Shown piece by piece: positions 8,600 to 17,984 of a DNA stretch of 64,000 nt; within the stretch, counting starts at the first letter, position 1, and every line of letters starts with the position of its first letter. This DNA is from Nitrospirales bacterium (GTDB lineage: Bacteria; Nitrospirota; Nitrospiria; Nitrospirales; UBA8639): NCBI GenBank assembly GCA_031315865.1, contig JALDRJ010000002.1:701147-765146 (forward strand). Direction: 5' to 3'. The position numbers and the translations under genes were made by a program. The notes under the pieces were generated by a model, which was given only the letters and a program-made list of their open reading frames with translations, was not told where the DNA came from and made no database searches.

Positions 8600-10879
8600 T
8601 CAACACATCCTGTCAAGCGAAACAGCACGACAGGATTGATCAAACAGCGCGCGATACACGCGGTAACTCCCCAGAACCCGCTTCACGTATCCGCGGGTTT
8701 CTCGGTACGAGATTCGTTCGACGAATTCATCAGGAGCCACATGAGGATCTTGGGCTATCCATCGCCGCACAACATGCGGACCGGCATTATACGCGGCCAC
8801 AGCATGCACGATGTTCCCCTTAAATTGTGCCAAAAGTTCACCGACATAGGTCGAACCGAGCTGAATATTCATGGCTGCATCAAACAAGTCATCCCGGTGA
8901 GGAGCTTGCAGTCCCAGGCGAAGAGCCACTTTTCTGGCGGTCGTTGGCATGAGCTGCATCAAACCAAGCGCGCCAACGCGAGACATCGCCCTGGTATCGT
9001 AGAGACTTTCTTCCCGAATTAACCCTGCGACCAGATATGGGTCCAACCCAGAAGGTACATACTGTTGAATCGTGGGGAGATAGCCGGTTGGATAGGCGCC
9101 TTCCCAAGCATAAGCCGAGCGGGGAAGTTGATCCTGCTTCATTTGATATCCGTGATGCTGAATCGCAAGACGGATCCCAAGATCATATGCTCCAGCCTGT
9201 TGGGCCACGTCGAGAAGAGACGCAAGATTCCTCTGTTTGGAAGTTGTGTGTCGGGAAACCGCCCGCAGTTCTTTCGTGGCCTCCTGCAACAGACCTAAAT
9301 CCACTAACGCCTGTGCTTTTTTAAAATGAAGATCGTCCGGTTCTATCGGTTGCATTGCCGGCTGCGTGTCCGGCTGCGTTGCAGAAGACGCCTGTTGAAC
9401 GGCGGTCTTCACCACGCCTACAGGAGAAGAAGAGACAGGCTCGCTCAAGCGGGCTTTAGCCAATTGCCCATAATACGTAAATGGCTGGTCCTTCCAAAGA
9501 TTCCGGAACGTCTCCTGCGCTTGAGAGTCTTTTTTGAGCTGCTCATAGACTCGGCCTTTCCAATATTGAGCACGAATCATAACCCCCGCGTCTTTCGAGC
9601 TTCGCAAGAGCGTCTCTAACGTTTCCAGCACTCGAGCATATTGCTTCTGCTCGTAGTAGATCCACGTCATACGCCACAAGGCGTCCTGCCGCTTCTCAAC
9701 GGAGCGAGCGACCTGAGACGCGGTTCGAAATGCCTCCAATGCCTCCGCCGTCTTTCCCTGATCATTCAACCACACACCAGCAAATATATGGAGAAGGGCT
9801 TGTCGGTTCTTCGACAATCCGAGCGTCTGCGTTTTCTTTTGCAAATCGAGCACCTCGCGACCCTTTCCCTGACGAAGATAGGACCGGGCGAGCCAAACGG
9901 TCCCGTCCTGTTTCCGTCGAGACTGTGAACGAGCAACCTGATCGAAGACTTTTTCCGCCTCGTCATACCGTTTCAGGCTGGCGAAAGCCATGCCGAGTTT
10001 GTACTCGGCCTCATCGCGTTCTTTGCCTGGCGATGTCTGTCGAATATAGAGATGGAATCCCGGCAGAGCCTGTTCAAATCGCGCGGCTTTATACCACGAC
10101 AACGCGTGTTGGTATTGTTCCTCAAGCGTGGGCTCTTGTTGGAACGCTTCAGGCAGCTGTTCAAGCCGTACCTGAGCTTCCTGCCCTTCAGTTTCGTATG
10201 GAAACTTCCACCAGATCTCGCGGAAGGTCTTCTGCGCATCAGCTGTCTGATTCAGCAACACCTGACAATCACCAATCTCTAATAACGCCATCGCGGCCAG
10301 AGAAGATTGCGGCGCCCGCTCGACGACCTGGCGATACCAGTACATCGCGGACTCGCAATTATCCGAATCACGTCGTGCCTGCCCTGCAAGGACCAGCGCA
10401 TCATTCCGCAACCGAGATTGAGAACTTGGCTTGGCCACTTCCTCGAACAGTAACGCAGCTTCATGTGGTTGACGGGCATTCAGTAGGGCTTGGGCTGTCC
10501 AATAGTTCAGATAATCTTCCAACAGAGGAAATTCGTGTTTCACGCCGCGAAAATAGGTGATCGCCTCAGCTGGTGCCGTATCTTTTAGCATAAGTCCAAG
10601 GTGAACACCGGCACGATGCGCCCATGGAGTGCCAGGGTATTCAGCCAGAACCTTTTTGAGACCTGCGACAGCATAGGACTCAGGCGGCACAGAGCCACTG
10701 ACCGTTGCATTCGGGTTAAACGCTTGCCGGTAACAGGATTCCGCCGAATGACATTGAACTGGAGCGGGCTGTGGAGAGGGAAGCGGTTGCGCGGAGAACG
10801 CGGTCACCCCAAAAAATACGCTGACCAATGCTAGATGAGCCGCTGAAATGGTCGATCTTCTCGTTGATCGAATGTTCAA
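8600..10879 (-). CDS. soluble lytic murein transglycosylase (TPR/superhelical N-domain plus SLT domain)
   Basis: It has a signal peptide, then a long helical-repeat region. The C-terminal SLT motifs are REESLYD, GLMQLMP and AAYNAGP. Confidence 0.8.
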   Translation of the reverse strand: MNIRSTRRSTISAAHLALVSVFFGVTAFSAQPLPSPQPAPVQCHSAESCYRQAFNPNATVSGSVPPESYAVAGLKKVLAEYPGTPWAHRAGVHLGLMLKDTAPAEAITYFRGVKHEFPLLEDYLNYWTAQALLNARQPHEAALLFEEVAKPSSQSRLRNDALVLAGQARRDSDNCESAMYWYRQVVERAPQSSLAAMALLEIGDCQVLLNQTADAQKTFREIWWKFPYETEGQEAQVRLEQLPEAFQQEPTLEEQYQHALSWYKAARFEQALPGFHLYIRQTSPGKERDEAEYKLGMAFASLKRYDEAEKVFDQVARSQSRRKQDGTVWLARSYLRQGKGREVLDLQKKTQTLGLSKNRQALLHIFAGVWLNDQGKTAEALEAFRTASQVARSVEKRQDALWRMTWIYYEQKQYARVLETLETLLRSSKDAGVMIRAQYWKGRVYEQLKKDSQAQETFRNLWKDQPFTYYGQLAKARLSEPVSSSPVGVVKTAVQQASSATQPDTQPAMQPIEPDDLHFKKAQALVDLGLLQEATKELRAVSRHTTSKQRNLASLLDVAQQAGAYDLGIRLAIQHHGYQMKQDQLPRSAYAWEGAYPTGYLPTIQQYVPSGLDPYLVAGLIREESLYDTRAMSRVGALGLMQLMPTTARKVALRLGLQAPHRDDLFDAAMNIQLGSTYVGELLAQFKGNIVHAVAAYNAGPHVVRRWIAQDPHVAPDEFVERISYRETRGYVKRVLGSYRVYRALFDQSCRAVSLDRMC

Positions 10880-11016
10880 GGCTATCCTCTTCGAGTGTGG
10901 TGAGCGTACCGAACCTGCATCGATAAGACAAACGGGATTACCTTAGTATACCTGAGATATCCTCAGCTTCAAGCAATCTTTACACCCCACACGGATGCCC
11001 CACCAGGAAAATCGAT

Positions 11017-12036
11017 TCAGGCACGACCGTACTCCCACTGATCGATCCGTTGATCTAGCCGTGCCACATGCCGTCGCCATCGGGGCCATGGATTCACCCA
11101 CCCATAAGCCGACAAATATTCCATCACACGATCTGACGGCACCCCGTCACTATCCTGAGGCCATCCTCCGCCATCCAACATGTTGGCCGCGAAAACTGCG
11201 AGTGTCGGAGTTACCCCGGAATTCTCAAGCCCTAAAGGATGATCGTGAAAGGATACCGCATGAACGATTGGTTGAGAAAATTTCTGCCTTTGAAGCAATT
11301 CCGCTCCGACAATCTCATGGGAAATCCCAAGTAACTGCAATTCAGCCGTCGCTAAAGTCGTACTCTCTCGCCTCGCATGAGCCAGAACCTCAAGGTAACG
11401 TCCCGTATTAACAGAAACAGCTAAAATGGCCAGTCCGATATCGTGCGCAAATCCCGCCAGGCAAGACTGCAAAATTGTACCAGCATCTCCCCCTTCTTCC
11501 TTGATCAGACAACCCGCGAAACACCCGGTTCGTATGCTATGCTTCCATAATTGATCCACCGATAAAGGCCAGTCTCGTTTCTTGTCCAAAAGCATGAAAA
11601 TTTCAGCGATCAGACGCAAACGATTCACGGTCTCACTTCCCAACCAGATAATCCCCTGATCGATCGTAGCGGGCTGGTAGTCAAATACGATCCATATCGC
11701 ACGCAGGAGTTGAATGAGCCTGCCTTTTATGCGTTCACTCCCGTCACGAGCTGACTCGGCGGGGATCAAAGAATCAACAGGATAACTGGATGGCCGTATG
11801 AGGATGGGGCTTGGACAACCTCCCCCACCTATTGCTTGCGCGTAGGTTGACTGTCCAGGCATGCGGCTATCAGAACGATCAAGCTGGTCAAGGCAATGCC
11901 TAGTTCCAAGCAGGTCAAAGCTGATCTGATGCGTCGTCCAATCGAGTTCTTTAGGAAGGATCCATGGGGGTACATGCCCCCCGCCCTCTAATGAGGTTCT
12001 CCTCTCACTACAAAGAATGTGACGAGGTTGAGTCAC
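11017..12036 (-). CDS. HDOD-domain signalling protein
   Basis: The C-terminal half reads WLGSETVNRL...HS...G.....AGFAHDIGLAIL...LLGISHEIVGAELL, a typical HDOD pattern. The N-terminal ~100 aa is not recognisable. Confidence 0.7.
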   Translation of the reverse strand: MTQPRHILCSERRTSLEGGGHVPPWILPKELDWTTHQISFDLLGTRHCLDQLDRSDSRMPGQSTYAQAIGGGGCPSPILIRPSSYPVDSLIPAESARDGSERIKGRLIQLLRAIWIVFDYQPATIDQGIIWLGSETVNRLRLIAEIFMLLDKKRDWPLSVDQLWKHSIRTGCFAGCLIKEEGGDAGTILQSCLAGFAHDIGLAILAVSVNTGRYLEVLAHARRESTTLATAELQLLGISHEIVGAELLQRQKFSQPIVHAVSFHDHPLGLENSGVTPTLAVFAANMLDGGGWPQDSDGVPSDRVMEYLSAYGWVNPWPRWRRHVARLDQRIDQWEYGRA

Positions 12037-12296
12037 GTGATCAACACCTCAGGAAAGACAAAGACTGACGCCACGGGCATGCAGACGATGTTCCTCATTT
12101 CGCTTAAAAGTCTCGCATCGACCCCATTCATCCCGTCTGCATTCGCATAAACACAAACGCCATGACGGCTGATGCATTTATCGTGTGTTTCTCGAAGAAT
12201 GGCGGAAAAGTATGAAATCTCTGTAGGTTTTTCGGTTAGTTCTCTGGCAGTCTTGAACGAGGGCAGGCCTGAAATGCCACCTTTTATCTGGAGCAT
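12033..12296 (-). CDS. small hypothetical protein, possibly a degenerate receiver fragment
   Basis: This 87-aa ORF fills the gap between the kinase and the HDOD gene, with a GTGA stop/start overlap with the latter. The stretch VYANADGMNGVDARLLSEMRN loosely resembles the D-MPxMDG-E-L-IR region of receiver domains. The call is weak. Confidence 0.3.
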   Translation of the reverse strand: MLQIKGGISGLPSFKTARELTEKPTEISYFSAILRETHDKCISRHGVCVYANADGMNGVDARLLSEMRNIVCMPVASVFVFPEVLIT

Positions 12297-12344
12297 CAGA
12301 AAGCCACGACATTCGAAGCCAGTCTCCCGTACATTCTTCTCGAC

Positions 12345-13634
12345 TCACGGTTTCTCTGGCACCTCCGTCGGAAGGGTGAGATGAAAGGTTGCACCACATC
12401 CGACGCCTGCACTGGTCACGGTCAGAGCCCCACCCATGTTTTTAGCCAATAAAGCTCCGCTATGGAGACCAAAACCATGTCCATCTTTCTTCGTCGTAAA
12501 ACCTTGAGAGAAGATCCGGGTTAGATTACTCTGAGCAATCCCAACGCCAGTATCCGAGACTTGGAGTTCGACCATGTTCGGCTCGTGGGCTGACAACAGG
12601 ATTCGAACCGTGAGCAACCTCCGATCGGTCGCCTGCATAGCCTGCAAACTATTCCGAACGAGGTTGACCAGAATTTGAAGAGTTTGATGTTTATCCACGA
12701 CGACCTCTGGCACATCCGAAAACTCCCGGATGACGTCAACGGCTAATTGCTCTCTGTGAGCTTTATTGATCGTCAAAGCCTGCTCTACCAGGTCGATCAA
12801 CGCCACGGGCTCCTGAAGGCCGCCAGCCTTGACCATCCCCTGCTGCATGGCCACACATTGCCGCACATGTTCTGCACTTGCATTCAGGGATTCTAATTCC
12901 TGAAGGGTGACTTGATGCTCTTTCAACAAATGCTCAGATAATTGCGCAAGATATCCCGGAATCTGCTTGCCCTTCTTGTCTTCCGTCAGGTACGTGTTCA
13001 GATCGTCCTTATGCGCTGCCAACAAATCTGAGATTTTACGAACATCTCCGACCAGTGATTGACGTAGCGTGGTGCTCATAATGCCGACCGACACATTGAT
13101 GCTATTGAGCACATTCCCCACGTTATGCAAGACGCTCGTGGCCACATCAGCCATACCAAGACGACGAGAGGTCTCCATCATTTTTTCATGCATCTGACGC
13201 CGCTCTTCCTCAATCCGTTTACGTTCCCTGATGTCATGGGCAACGCACACGAGTCCCTGAATACCGCCATGCTCATCCATCATCAATGACCCTGAAAGCG
13301 ACATCGGAATTTGCTCGCCATGTTTAGCGAGATAGCTGGTTTCGACGTCACGGACAGATCCCTGGCAATAGAGTGTCTCCATGATCGACCCTTGGGCCAA
13401 TTCTTCACCGAAGATCTTACTCGGAGATTCTTGAAGTAATTCTTCTTCTGTATAACCTAATAACGTTAATAGCGAACGGTTGACGGCGCCGATGACCAGA
13501 TCGGCGTTGATAACCAAGAGCGTGTCAGCCATAGAGCTAATGATGTTTTCAATTCGTGATTTCGCCTCCGAAAGCTCATCTCTGGCTGCTCTCAGCTCTT
13601 CATTTTTTCGTTCCCAATCCTGCGTGACGCTCAT
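12345..13634 (-). CDS. PAS-domain sensor histidine kinase (cytoplasmic)
   Basis: The order is coiled coil, a PAS domain ending in HDIRERKR, an H-box-like region ATSVLHNVGNVLNS, then an HATPase_c domain (VSDTGVGI...GFGLHS). Confidence 0.85.
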   Translation of the reverse strand: MSVTQDWERKNEELRAARDELSEAKSRIENIISSMADTLLVINADLVIGAVNRSLLTLLGYTEEELLQESPSKIFGEELAQGSIMETLYCQGSVRDVETSYLAKHGEQIPMSLSGSLMMDEHGGIQGLVCVAHDIRERKRIEEERRQMHEKMMETSRRLGMADVATSVLHNVGNVLNSINVSVGIMSTTLRQSLVGDVRKISDLLAAHKDDLNTYLTEDKKGKQIPGYLAQLSEHLLKEHQVTLQELESLNASAEHVRQCVAMQQGMVKAGGLQEPVALIDLVEQALTINKAHREQLAVDVIREFSDVPEVVVDKHQTLQILVNLVRNSLQAMQATDRRLLTVRILLSAHEPNMVELQVSDTGVGIAQSNLTRIFSQGFTTKKDGHGFGLHSGALLAKNMGGALTVTSAGVGCGATFHLTLPTEVPEKP

Positions 13635-13724
13635 ACGACATCCTTCCCCTATCCACTTCCGTCAACGATCGAGAGGGGTTGCTCGTTGATCTCGATACAT
13701 GAAGTTTCCAAATTTCCTCAGGTA

Positions 13725-14207
13725 TCAGTGCATCAACACGGGCCTGCCCCGGTGCGTACCTTGCACGGGGATCATCTTGGACCAGTACTTGGTCAACCCT
13801 TTCATCAGCTCAAGATATCCATCTAGGTTATTGGGTTTCGTGATAAATGAATGGGCTCCCAAGCTATACGCGCTATCGATATGTTTCGCGACCCGGGAGG
13901 TTGTGAGGACGAGGACTGGTATGTCCTGTAACTTAGGGTCTGCCTTGATCTCGATGAGGGCAGAACATCCATCTTTCTTCGGCATATTCAAATCCAACAG
14001 GATCAAGCCAGGTCTGGGATATTTTTCCATGTCTGCATAGGGTCCACGGTGGGTGAGATAGTTCATGAGCTCTTCGCCATCATGAACAAACCGCAGTTCT
14101 TTTCCGAGACAACATTCATCCCACGCAGCCTGTGCGACTAAACAATCATCCGTACTGTCATCCGCCATTAACACAATGAATGGAATCGATTGAATGCAGG
14201 AATTCAT
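13725..14207 (-). CDS. single-domain response regulator (receiver only)
   Basis: It contains VLMADDS, the phospho-acceptor context LILLDLNMPKKDG and VLVLTTS. The length is 160 aa. Confidence 0.85.
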   Translation of the reverse strand: MNSCIQSIPFIVLMADDSTDDCLVAQAAWDECCLGKELRFVHDGEELMNYLTHRGPYADMEKYPRPGLILLDLNMPKKDGCSALIEIKADPKLQDIPVLVLTTSRVAKHIDSAYSLGAHSFITKPNNLDGYLELMKGLTKYWSKMIPVQGTHRGRPVLMH

Positions 14208-15027
14208 GTTCGCGCCCTCCTATTAACGTAGCGAGACAACCTTAGAACAACCAAAAGCGATACTGATCGTTACTCATGACACACCATATCGTTGCTTCAG
14301 ACGTTCACTCTTTTTCAGCACTGTCACTTCTTCTCAACGATCCGAAACACAATTATCGTCAACAAGGCCAAGTGGATGTGGTATCGTGAGTGAATGAAGT
14401 TACTACTCCGCTAACCAATTGCAGGGCTGATCGGTAACTCACATGACCGCAGCCAGGTTCCAGCAGACACGATCATCTCGAACACGATCACCCCATTGAG
14501 ACTGAAGAGAGCCGCCGCCAAGCAACAGACACGGATCGTCGAATGCGTGGCTAATCCAAGGTCTAGTTGTCATCTCATGGATCTGTGGATTAGTAACGTC
14601 GATCTTGTGCAGTTCGAATTGACAAGGCTCAGTCAACATATCCACCGGGTGCGGTGAATGGACTCTCTAGATGAATTGGGGTAAAAAGTGACCGCGCCTG
14701 CAATTAAGGAAGGAATCTGGAGGGAAAAGACAACTCCTCTGGCACACATCAATCATCGTGATGTACGAAAGGAGGGTTGTCGCTCCTGTAACCAGTGTAG
14801 CAGCTTGGCGAACCCCGGGAACATCGATGCTCCCAACTCAGGTTCCATGGCTTTGCGTCCTACCTTCTCAGGCAGTTTGCCCTTTACACCCTGTTGCCTA
14901 CTGTATCGGTATTGGTAAGAAATTCTTTAGGAGTTCAGACAGAAGAAATTGAGCAGAAGTGGCTGAAAACTATACTCATTTACCGTCTCTTGCCTGTAGA
15001 AGAACGGACGCTGTAAAAGGGTGCCAC

Positions 15028-16605
15028 TCATACTCCGAGAGTGGTTACATGGTGAGATGATGCGAACGCACCAATCAAGCTCCCGTCTCCACCTTCGGTC
15101 GTACGACTCATAGGAAGAGTGATGAGAAACCTTGATCCCTGTCCCAATTGACTTTGAACCGTTATTTTTCCCCCATAGCGATCGACAATCTTCTTGCAGA
15201 CAGCCAATCCTATCCCCGTCCCCTCGTACTCATCTCTCCCGTGAAGACGTTTGAACATCCCGAATATCCGTTCGGTGTGATGGGGCTCCATGCCGATGCC
15301 ATGATCTTCAATCAGAAGCTGGCATAGCTGTTCCGGATGCAGTCCCTCTTGCTGGCGACGTTCCTTCATGAGATGTGCCGAAATACGGACCTGAGGCGGT
15401 TCACCGGGCTTGTGAAATTTCAACGCATTTCCGATCAAATTTTGCAAGAGTTGCCGAATTTGCGTCCTGTCGAACTCAATCACAGGAAGCTCACCAACCT
15501 CTACCACCGCATGCTTTTCTTCGATTCGAACGGCAAAATCATTCAAAATCTCGTCAACGACCTGTTGAAGCTGAATTGGCTCCATCGCTCGTTCCTGATT
15601 CTCTAATCGCGAATAGACCAGAAGATCCTGGATCAGGCGTTGCATCCGCCCCGAGGCTTTGAGGATTCGCCCCAGAAATTCATGTCCTGATTCGCTCAGT
15701 TGACTCCCACATTTCACACGCAACAAATCACTGAAGACTTGAACGGTATGGAGCGGCTCTTGAAGATCATGAGCCGCCACCGAAGCGAACTGATCCAGCT
15801 CATGATTAGAACGCACGAGCTCTTCAGTCTTATGTCGAAGGGCAAGTTCGGCACGCTCACGTTCGTGAACTTCGATTAAGGCTTGATCACGGGCTTCACT
15901 CAATTCCTTATTACGTTCTTCTAAATCATGAACCGTCTGAGCCAGCTGAGCTTCAATCGATTGCCGACGAAGGACATCCTGTTCCAATTTCGCATTGGCC
16001 TCCCGGAGCTCGGTCAACCGCTGGTCGACCTGACTTTCCAGCTCACCCATGCGGCCCCGCGCATGGCTGGCCCAATGCCATTTATAGGTGAGTGAATTCG
16101 CGAGTTGCCGAACTTCTATCGGATCGAATGGCTTGCGAAGAATCAAGAGTTGATCACGATGGCCTAAGCGCGGAATGAGTTCATCCCATGCATAGTCGGA
16201 AAAGGCCGTGCAAATCACGGTTTGAATGCTTGGATCCACTTCCCACATTCGTTCAATGGTCTCGACGCCATCCCAACCGGGAGGCATTCGCATATCCACA
16301 AACACCACGGCATATGGACTCCGTTGAGTCACGGCACGCTTCACCAGTTCAAGGCCCTCCTCGCCTTGTTCAGCACAATCCACGAAAAACGGCTGTTGAT
16401 CGACCGCGACGGCCTTTTCTTCGAATAAGGCCTCTCGATGCCTGTGGTCTAAGACCGACTCGAGCGAAGACGACAAGACTTTTCGGTAATCTTCAAGAAC
16501 CTGGCGATTATCATCGATAGCCAAGATCCGACGATTGATAGACTCCATGTTGTCCATACGCAACCTTTTTACATGAGGTAAACGACGCTCTACGCCTCTG
16601 GGCAT
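15028..16605 (-). CDS. receiver-coiled coil-HisKA-HATPase hybrid histidine kinase
   Basis: The N-terminal REC has ILAIDDN, FVDMRMPPGWDG and ILRKPFD. This is followed by a coiled coil, an H-box AAHDLQEPL, and an ATPase domain (DHGIGM, GTGIGLA). The true start is probably an internal Met near 16548-16557. Confidence 0.85.
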   Translation of the reverse strand: MPRGVERRLPHVKRLRMDNMESINRRILAIDDNRQVLEDYRKVLSSSLESVLDHRHREALFEEKAVAVDQQPFFVDCAEQGEEGLELVKRAVTQRSPYAVVFVDMRMPPGWDGVETIERMWEVDPSIQTVICTAFSDYAWDELIPRLGHRDQLLILRKPFDPIEVRQLANSLTYKWHWASHARGRMGELESQVDQRLTELREANAKLEQDVLRRQSIEAQLAQTVHDLEERNKELSEARDQALIEVHERERAELALRHKTEELVRSNHELDQFASVAAHDLQEPLHTVQVFSDLLRVKCGSQLSESGHEFLGRILKASGRMQRLIQDLLVYSRLENQERAMEPIQLQQVVDEILNDFAVRIEEKHAVVEVGELPVIEFDRTQIRQLLQNLIGNALKFHKPGEPPQVRISAHLMKERRQQEGLHPEQLCQLLIEDHGIGMEPHHTERIFGMFKRLHGRDEYEGTGIGLAVCKKIVDRYGGKITVQSQLGQGSRFLITLPMSRTTEGGDGSLIGAFASSHHVTTLGV

Positions 16606-16694
16606 TCATACCGAAACTACGATACTCACGCAGTCACGAGAAGCAACGGCTCCTCTTTTCCAGATAGCGGTGAGGACGGTCCGATGATCATGGA

Positions 16695-17306
16695 TTATTC
16701 TGGCACATCAGTTGGCGCCGTCATCGCCAATTGAATCTGCTCAGATTCCTTTTGCAGTTCTTCGGCCCGTTGATCGGCCAGCTCGGCGAGCATATCCAAC
16801 TGGCTTTTGGCTTGACGATTTTGATCCCATCGCTTGGTCAAAGAATTGGCCAACTGCCAAACCTCGATATTGTCGAATGGCTTGCGCAAGATCAGGAGCT
16901 TGTCACTTTTCGGTAATCGTTCCAGCACTTGATCCCAGTCATGATCGGAAAACGCCGTACAGATGACGATCTGGAGATGTTCATCTTCTTTCCACAGATG
17001 TTCAATTGTCTCAACACCATCCCAGCCTGGAGGCATTCGCATGTCCACAAACGCCAGGGCATACGGATTTCCCTGTTGAATCGCACGTTGGACCATTCGA
17101 TGCCCTTCCTGCCCTTGATCCGCGAAATCCACGTCAAACTTTTGAACAGCTTGATACGCTTCGACATCATCAAACAGTCCACCTCGTGCCTCATGAAGCA
17201 AGGCAGCGTCAAACCCCTGGCACAAAATCTTGCGAAAATCCTCGTGAATGGCCACGTTGTCATCTATCACAAGAATTCGCCGATTATTCTGAACGCATTC
17301 AGTCAT
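16695..17306 (-). CDS. receiver plus coiled-coil protein, paralogous to the N-terminus of the adjacent kinase
   Basis: It contains ILVIDDN, FVDMRMPPGWDGVETIE, ICTAFSD and LLILRKPFDNIEVWQLANSLTKRW. These are nearly colinear with residues ~20-210 of ORF 15028..16605. Confidence 0.8.
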   Translation of the reverse strand: MTECVQNNRRILVIDDNVAIHEDFRKILCQGFDAALLHEARGGLFDDVEAYQAVQKFDVDFADQGQEGHRMVQRAIQQGNPYALAFVDMRMPPGWDGVETIEHLWKEDEHLQIVICTAFSDHDWDQVLERLPKSDKLLILRKPFDNIEVWQLANSLTKRWDQNRQAKSQLDMLAELADQRAEELQKESEQIQLAMTAPTDVPE

Positions 17307-17616
17307 GAATGGCCTCCATTAACCCCACTTGAAATGATACCGCGATTGCTGTGACCTATCGCCCCTTCTTCTTTTCCGTTCTCAAAGAGAGAGGGGTGTG
17401 CCCACAGTCCTCGTCGGAATGAACAGAACGAATCTTAAGACCTTTTTAGAATTGCCCTCCGTTACAATCAGTCTTGTATCGTTCCTGTGGGTTGTACGAA
17501 CGAGTGAACTCCCTGTTGAGTCCTGCAAGAAAACCGCACCTTTGCAGCAAGTCAAGCCGACAATGTGACGATAGTTGGAGGAAGGGCTGTCTTCAACCTG
17601 ATCAGGAATCGCCTGC

Positions 17617-17889
17617 ATGATTGAGCGGATTACACGAGGTTATGCTGACCTGTTGCGAGATCTTCAAGATTCTGACCATCCGACTCAACTTCAGCTCGCC
17701 CTGGAACGCGCAAAAGCTTCAATCGATGAACTTGAACGGATCATTACCAGACTGGAGCGGATTGATCAGCGAGCTATTTCGGACCCCGTGACCTCAACCG
17801 AGTCTGTCTCACCACAGGACAGGCAACTCAATAATCCACAAGAATTTCAAAAAAGAAAACATCAAAAAAACACGCATCGAGGCAAATGA
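17617..17889 (+). CDS. small coiled-coil protein (paralogue of 24586..24780)
   Basis: AGGAA lies 9 nt upstream of the ATG. The helical core SIDELERIITRLERIDQR matches MSELEKIIKRMQKLDER in the second ORF at protein level but not at nucleotide level. Confidence 0.45.
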   Translation: MIERITRGYADLLRDLQDSDHPTQLQLALERAKASIDELERIITRLERIDQRAISDPVTSTESVSPQDRQLNNPQEFQKRKHQKNTHRGK

Positions 17890-17984
17890 ACTTTATGCCC
17901 GTTCAGCATAACTTCCATGCGGAGTCTCATGGACCGGGTTAAGAGGTAAGGAGGAAACGATGGAATGTTGAGCCTATCGGTCAC

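Noticed and set aside
9730-10560. A 276-aa plus-strand ORF lies inside the slt gene.
   Set aside because: It lies entirely antisense to a well-supported lytic transglycosylase CDS. It is P/R/S-rich with no motifs.
12599-12609. GGATTCGAACC, the reverse complement of a tRNA T-loop consensus, suggested a possible hidden tRNA.
   Set aside because: It lies inside the PAS kinase CDS. The flanking bases do not form a T-stem or a cloverleaf.
14439-14645. A 68-aa minus-strand ORF lies in the 820-bp gap between the receiver gene and the hybrid kinase.
   Set aside because: It has no SD and no motif. It may be a gene remnant, but I cannot support any call.
17596-17609. ACCTGATCAGGAAT, with an upstream GGGGTGTGCC, resembles pieces of a TPP riboswitch.
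   Set aside because: The CTGAGA core and the pairing partners are absent. The downstream ORF is not a thiamine gene.
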